NCBI GenBank assembly: GCA_020891255.1 | Contig: BQFW01000015.1 | Span: forward strand, 1,612,001 to 1,676,000 | Origin: Entomortierella parvispora E1425 | Lineage: Eukaryota > Fungi > Mortierellomycota | Direction: 5' to 3' | DNA length: 64,000 bases | Part shown: piece by piece, positions 60,809 to 64,000 of the stretch | How positions within the stretch are numbered: the first letter of the stretch is position 1 | Layout: the number at the start of each line of letters is the position of its first letter | Made by a program: the position numbers and the translations under genes | The notes under the pieces: generated by a model | Database searches by the model: none | The model's input: the letters and a program-made list of their open reading frames with translations, nothing else | Told to the model about the DNA's origin: nothing

Positions 60809-63800
60809 ATGGCATCCTATCCGACGCCACAGCCGGGCTTTCGCCCTGCCCAGGCAAGACCCCCCATGCAACAGCAGATGCAGCACCCTGGTCAACCTGG
60901 ACAACAACCTGGACCCTATCCCCAGCAACAGCAGCGGCCGCAAAACCCCATGCAGCCTCCCATGAACCGCCCTGGCACCCCAGGCATCCCACAGCAAGGA
61001 CAGCAGCAGCAGCAACAGCCAGGACTGCCAGGACAGCAATTCCGCCCTCGGCCTGCTGCCACGTCGCCTGCAGGAATGCCTCGACCTCCCCTTGGTCTTG
61101 ATCCATCTGGCCGTCGCCCCTCTGCAGCCGGACCCATGCCTCCATCACCCTCGAGCCAACGCCCCCCCATGGCCTCACCCTCATTCGGGTCCCATCCAGG
61201 ACAGCAGCATCCTCCAGGCAGTCAACCTTTGCAAAGACCGCCTCCTATCGGAATCCAACGCGCTCCCTCGCCCATGATGCGGCCCACCATGGTCGCTCAG
61301 CCAGGATCTCCAGCACATCAGCGCCCGTATCAGTCTCCCCAGATCCAGAACCGACCCCCTCCTAGCCCGTTCATGGGCCACGGTCACCAGCAAGGCGCGC
61401 CTGCGTCCCCTGCCATGAACCCCATGGGATTTAATGCTACTCCGAACGGATATGGCTCAAATCAATCGCAGCCTCCAACGCCAAAGATGCAGAACCAGCC
61501 GCCACAGCACCAGCAGCACCAGCAATTCCAGCAAAACCAGCAGTTCCAACAAAACCAGCAGCAGCCACCACCACCGCATCAGCAGCAGCAGCAACAGCCA
61601 CAGCATCAACAACAGCATCACCAGCAACAACAAATGGCTCCGCCCAACGCCCAGGGAGGCTTGATTCCCGGTCCACCGACACCAACGCCACAGGCAGGAG
61701 GAGCAGGAACGCACAAGCCCAAGAGGATGTATCCTACAGGAATCAACTCGTACACGGAACCTGCACCTTCTTATGATGCCATCCCCAATCCTGGATTTGT
61801 CCCCGCCGCCGGACCTGGACCTGCTCCTCCAGCACCTGGATTGCAGCCGATGGCCCAGCCTCAATTCTTTGTGCCAGGAGAGAAACAAGGTGTACCTGCC
61901 CCCGGCTATCAACAAGGCCACCAGCCTCTTCCAGGACAACAGAGTCAGCCGAATGTGAACCAACTTGCACATCAAATGGGAGGCATGAATGTCAGCAACG
62001 GATCGTTTGGTGGCCCAGGAGTGCCAGTATGTGACATGTTTTATGAATACCCTGTCAGCCGACCGTGAATGGATGACTTGCTAACGTTGACTTTCTTTTT
62101 CTGTAGCAACTGTCAACCGTGGCGTTAATGGGCTCCGCACCAAGAATTCTGGATCTGGATCTGCCTCCTCCCCCCATCAACCTTCCAGCAAACGTAAGGA
62201 CCTGTCAACATTCATAAAACAAAAAAGGGCATCCGATATGGAGCAGTATCGAAGGTCAAAGGTTGCTTGGCGACTAATCATTCGTTCATCCTTGACTGTT
62301 TCTTATAGGCATCGATCACCCAGTCTCCACATGCCAACTGCGACCCATCGTACAAGAGATCAACCCTGAATGCCATCCCCGCCACCTCTCAGCTCTTGTC
62401 AAAGTCGCGTCTGCCTTTTGGACTCGTTATCACCCCCTATCGCAGTGTCAAGGAAGGAGATGTAAATCCCTCGATATTCGACTAAGACTATTGCGCTATG
62501 TCAGTAGATACAGGAACTAATATTCATTCTCGCGTTTACCCCAATTTTTTAGGAACCGGTCCCGGTCGTGTCAGACTCAATCATTGCCCGGTGCAGGAGA
62601 TGCAGAACTTACATCAATCCATATGTAAAGTTTGTGGAAGGAGGTCAGCGTTGGAAGTGCAACATGTGCTACACGCTGAACGAAGGTAAAATAAGCTACC
62701 TGCTGTATCTGCATGTAGATTCGTTGATGTGACGCTAACTGCTTTTTTTTTTTTTTTGACTCTACCTGGTCACAGTTCCATCTTCGTTTGACTACGACTC
62801 TCAGACGCAACAACCCGTGGATCGCTGGCAGCGCAAGGAGCTCAACCACGCGGTTGTGGAGTACATTGCCCCTACAGAATACATGGTCCGCCCTCCTCAA
62901 CCTTTGGTGTACATGATTTTGATTGATGTCTCTTACCCCGCCATCCAGTGTGGCATGGTGGCCACAGCAGCTACTACGATTCTGGAGTCTCTGGACAGGA
63001 TACCGAATGACGAGGGCAGGACCAAGATCGGAATTATTACTGTGGACAGCTCTATTCACTTTTATAACCTCAATGTAAGCGTCCACTCTAGTCTTCTTTT
63101 CTGGGCTTCCAACCTCGGAGACAAACGCAGCTACTTATTCTCTGCATTGTTGATCAATAACATAGACCGCCTCTGGAGAACCCCAGATGCTTGTGGTGTC
63201 GGACCTGGAAGAGCCTTACCTTCCTCAACCCGAGGATCTGTTGTGCAACCTCAGTGAATGTCGCCCAACGCTCGAAACCCTCTTGAACAGACTCCATGAC
63301 ATGTTCAAGGATACACAGAATGTCGGCAATGCTCTTGGCCCAGCTCTGCAATCGGCCTACAAACTTATTTCCCCCATTGGCGGCAAAATTCTTTGCTTGC
63401 AGTCAAGCTTGCCTAACTTGGAAGGTGGTGCGCTCAAGGTGCGCGAGGATCCGAAGCTCCTCGGAACTTCAAAGGAATCCACACTTTTGCAGTCTGGCTC
63501 ATCTTTCTATAAGAACTTTGCTGTGGACTGTTCAAAATCCCAAGTGTGTGTGGACATGTTCCTTTTTGGATCACAGTACTCCGATGTGGCCACTCTGAGT
63601 AAGCTCTCTTTTTGGTTCCACTGCGATGTGGTATTGTTTGTCAAGGACAGCACTGACTTTACGGCCCTTTCTTTCTCCCCTATGCGATAGGTTGCCTTCC
63701 TCGATTTACTGGCGGAAGTACTTTCTTCTACCCAGCATTTACAGCAGCAAAGTCAGAAGATGCCCTCAAATTTGCTCACGAACTGGCAGAGTTCTTGTCC

Positions 63801-64000
63801 CAGAGGATCGCTCTCGAGGCAGTCATGAGAGTTCGCGCCTCCAAGGGATTGCGCATGTCAGCATTCTATGGCAACTTCTTTGTTCGGTCCACAGACCTTC
63901 TTTCATTGCCCAATGTCCCTCGCGACCAGTCTTATTCGATTGAGATCAGTTTTGACGAAAACCTGAACATTCCTGTTGTCTGCTTCCAGACTGCGCTTTT
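60809..64000 (+). CDS. SEC24: COPII coat subunit Sec24 (Sec24A/B type), truncated by the right edge
   Basis: Pro/Gln-rich N-terminus; [25 protein letters not shown]; zinc finger [18 protein letters not shown]; [16 protein letters not shown]; vWA LIDVS; [11 protein letters not shown]; [13 protein letters not shown]. Confidence 0.97.

Noticed and set aside
1-64000. Transposons, CRISPR arrays, rRNA/tRNA genes, selenoprotein or recoding signals
   Set aside because: No transposase/RT motifs, no TIR or LTR pairs, no spacer arrays, no rRNA or tRNA folds; the spliced CDSs I traced are open without in-frame stops.

Overview
Gene-dense, intron-rich eukaryotic DNA from an early-diverging fungus. Mortierellaceae-like affinity is inferred from the gene repertoire, an OLE1-type desaturase and the intron style, not proven. 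I reconstructed 24 protein-coding genes by hand-joining exons at splice sites; two are cut by the window edges (RNA15/CSTF2 on the left, SEC24 on the right). The set covers eIF1/SUI1, DCAF12-like, GH16, a CEP70-like coiled-coil protein, VPS71/ZNHIT1, UPF0652, HAM1-like, a bacterial-type mitochondrial HisRS, an 80-aa orphan, NF-YC/HAP5, DTWD1, MTA9 (AMT6/7), TMEM229-like, SEC27, an F-box protein, USP20/33-like, mL43, an ADF-H+PH protein, PFA4, AKR1, a delta-9 desaturase and a PAS-GAF hybrid histidine kinase. Signals not visible in the ORF track: (1) a box C/D snoRNA (U46/snR63 type, guide for LSU helix-69 Am) inside eIF1 intron 2; (2) the MTA9 subunit of the DNA 6mA methyltransferase complex, head-to-head with the tRNA acp3U writer DTWD1; (3) an E. 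coli HisS-like HisRS with an exon-encoded mitochondrial presequence; (4) a 965-nt GC-AG first intron needed to assemble the USP zf-UBP finger; (5) two DHHC palmitoyltransferases head-to-head beside the desaturase; (6) a tandem SPEE repeat inserted inside the kinase receiver domain; (7) eIF1 in a strong rather than the usual poor start context. No transposon, CRISPR, rRNA or tRNA gene was recognisable. All family calls come from recalled motifs; no database search was run.
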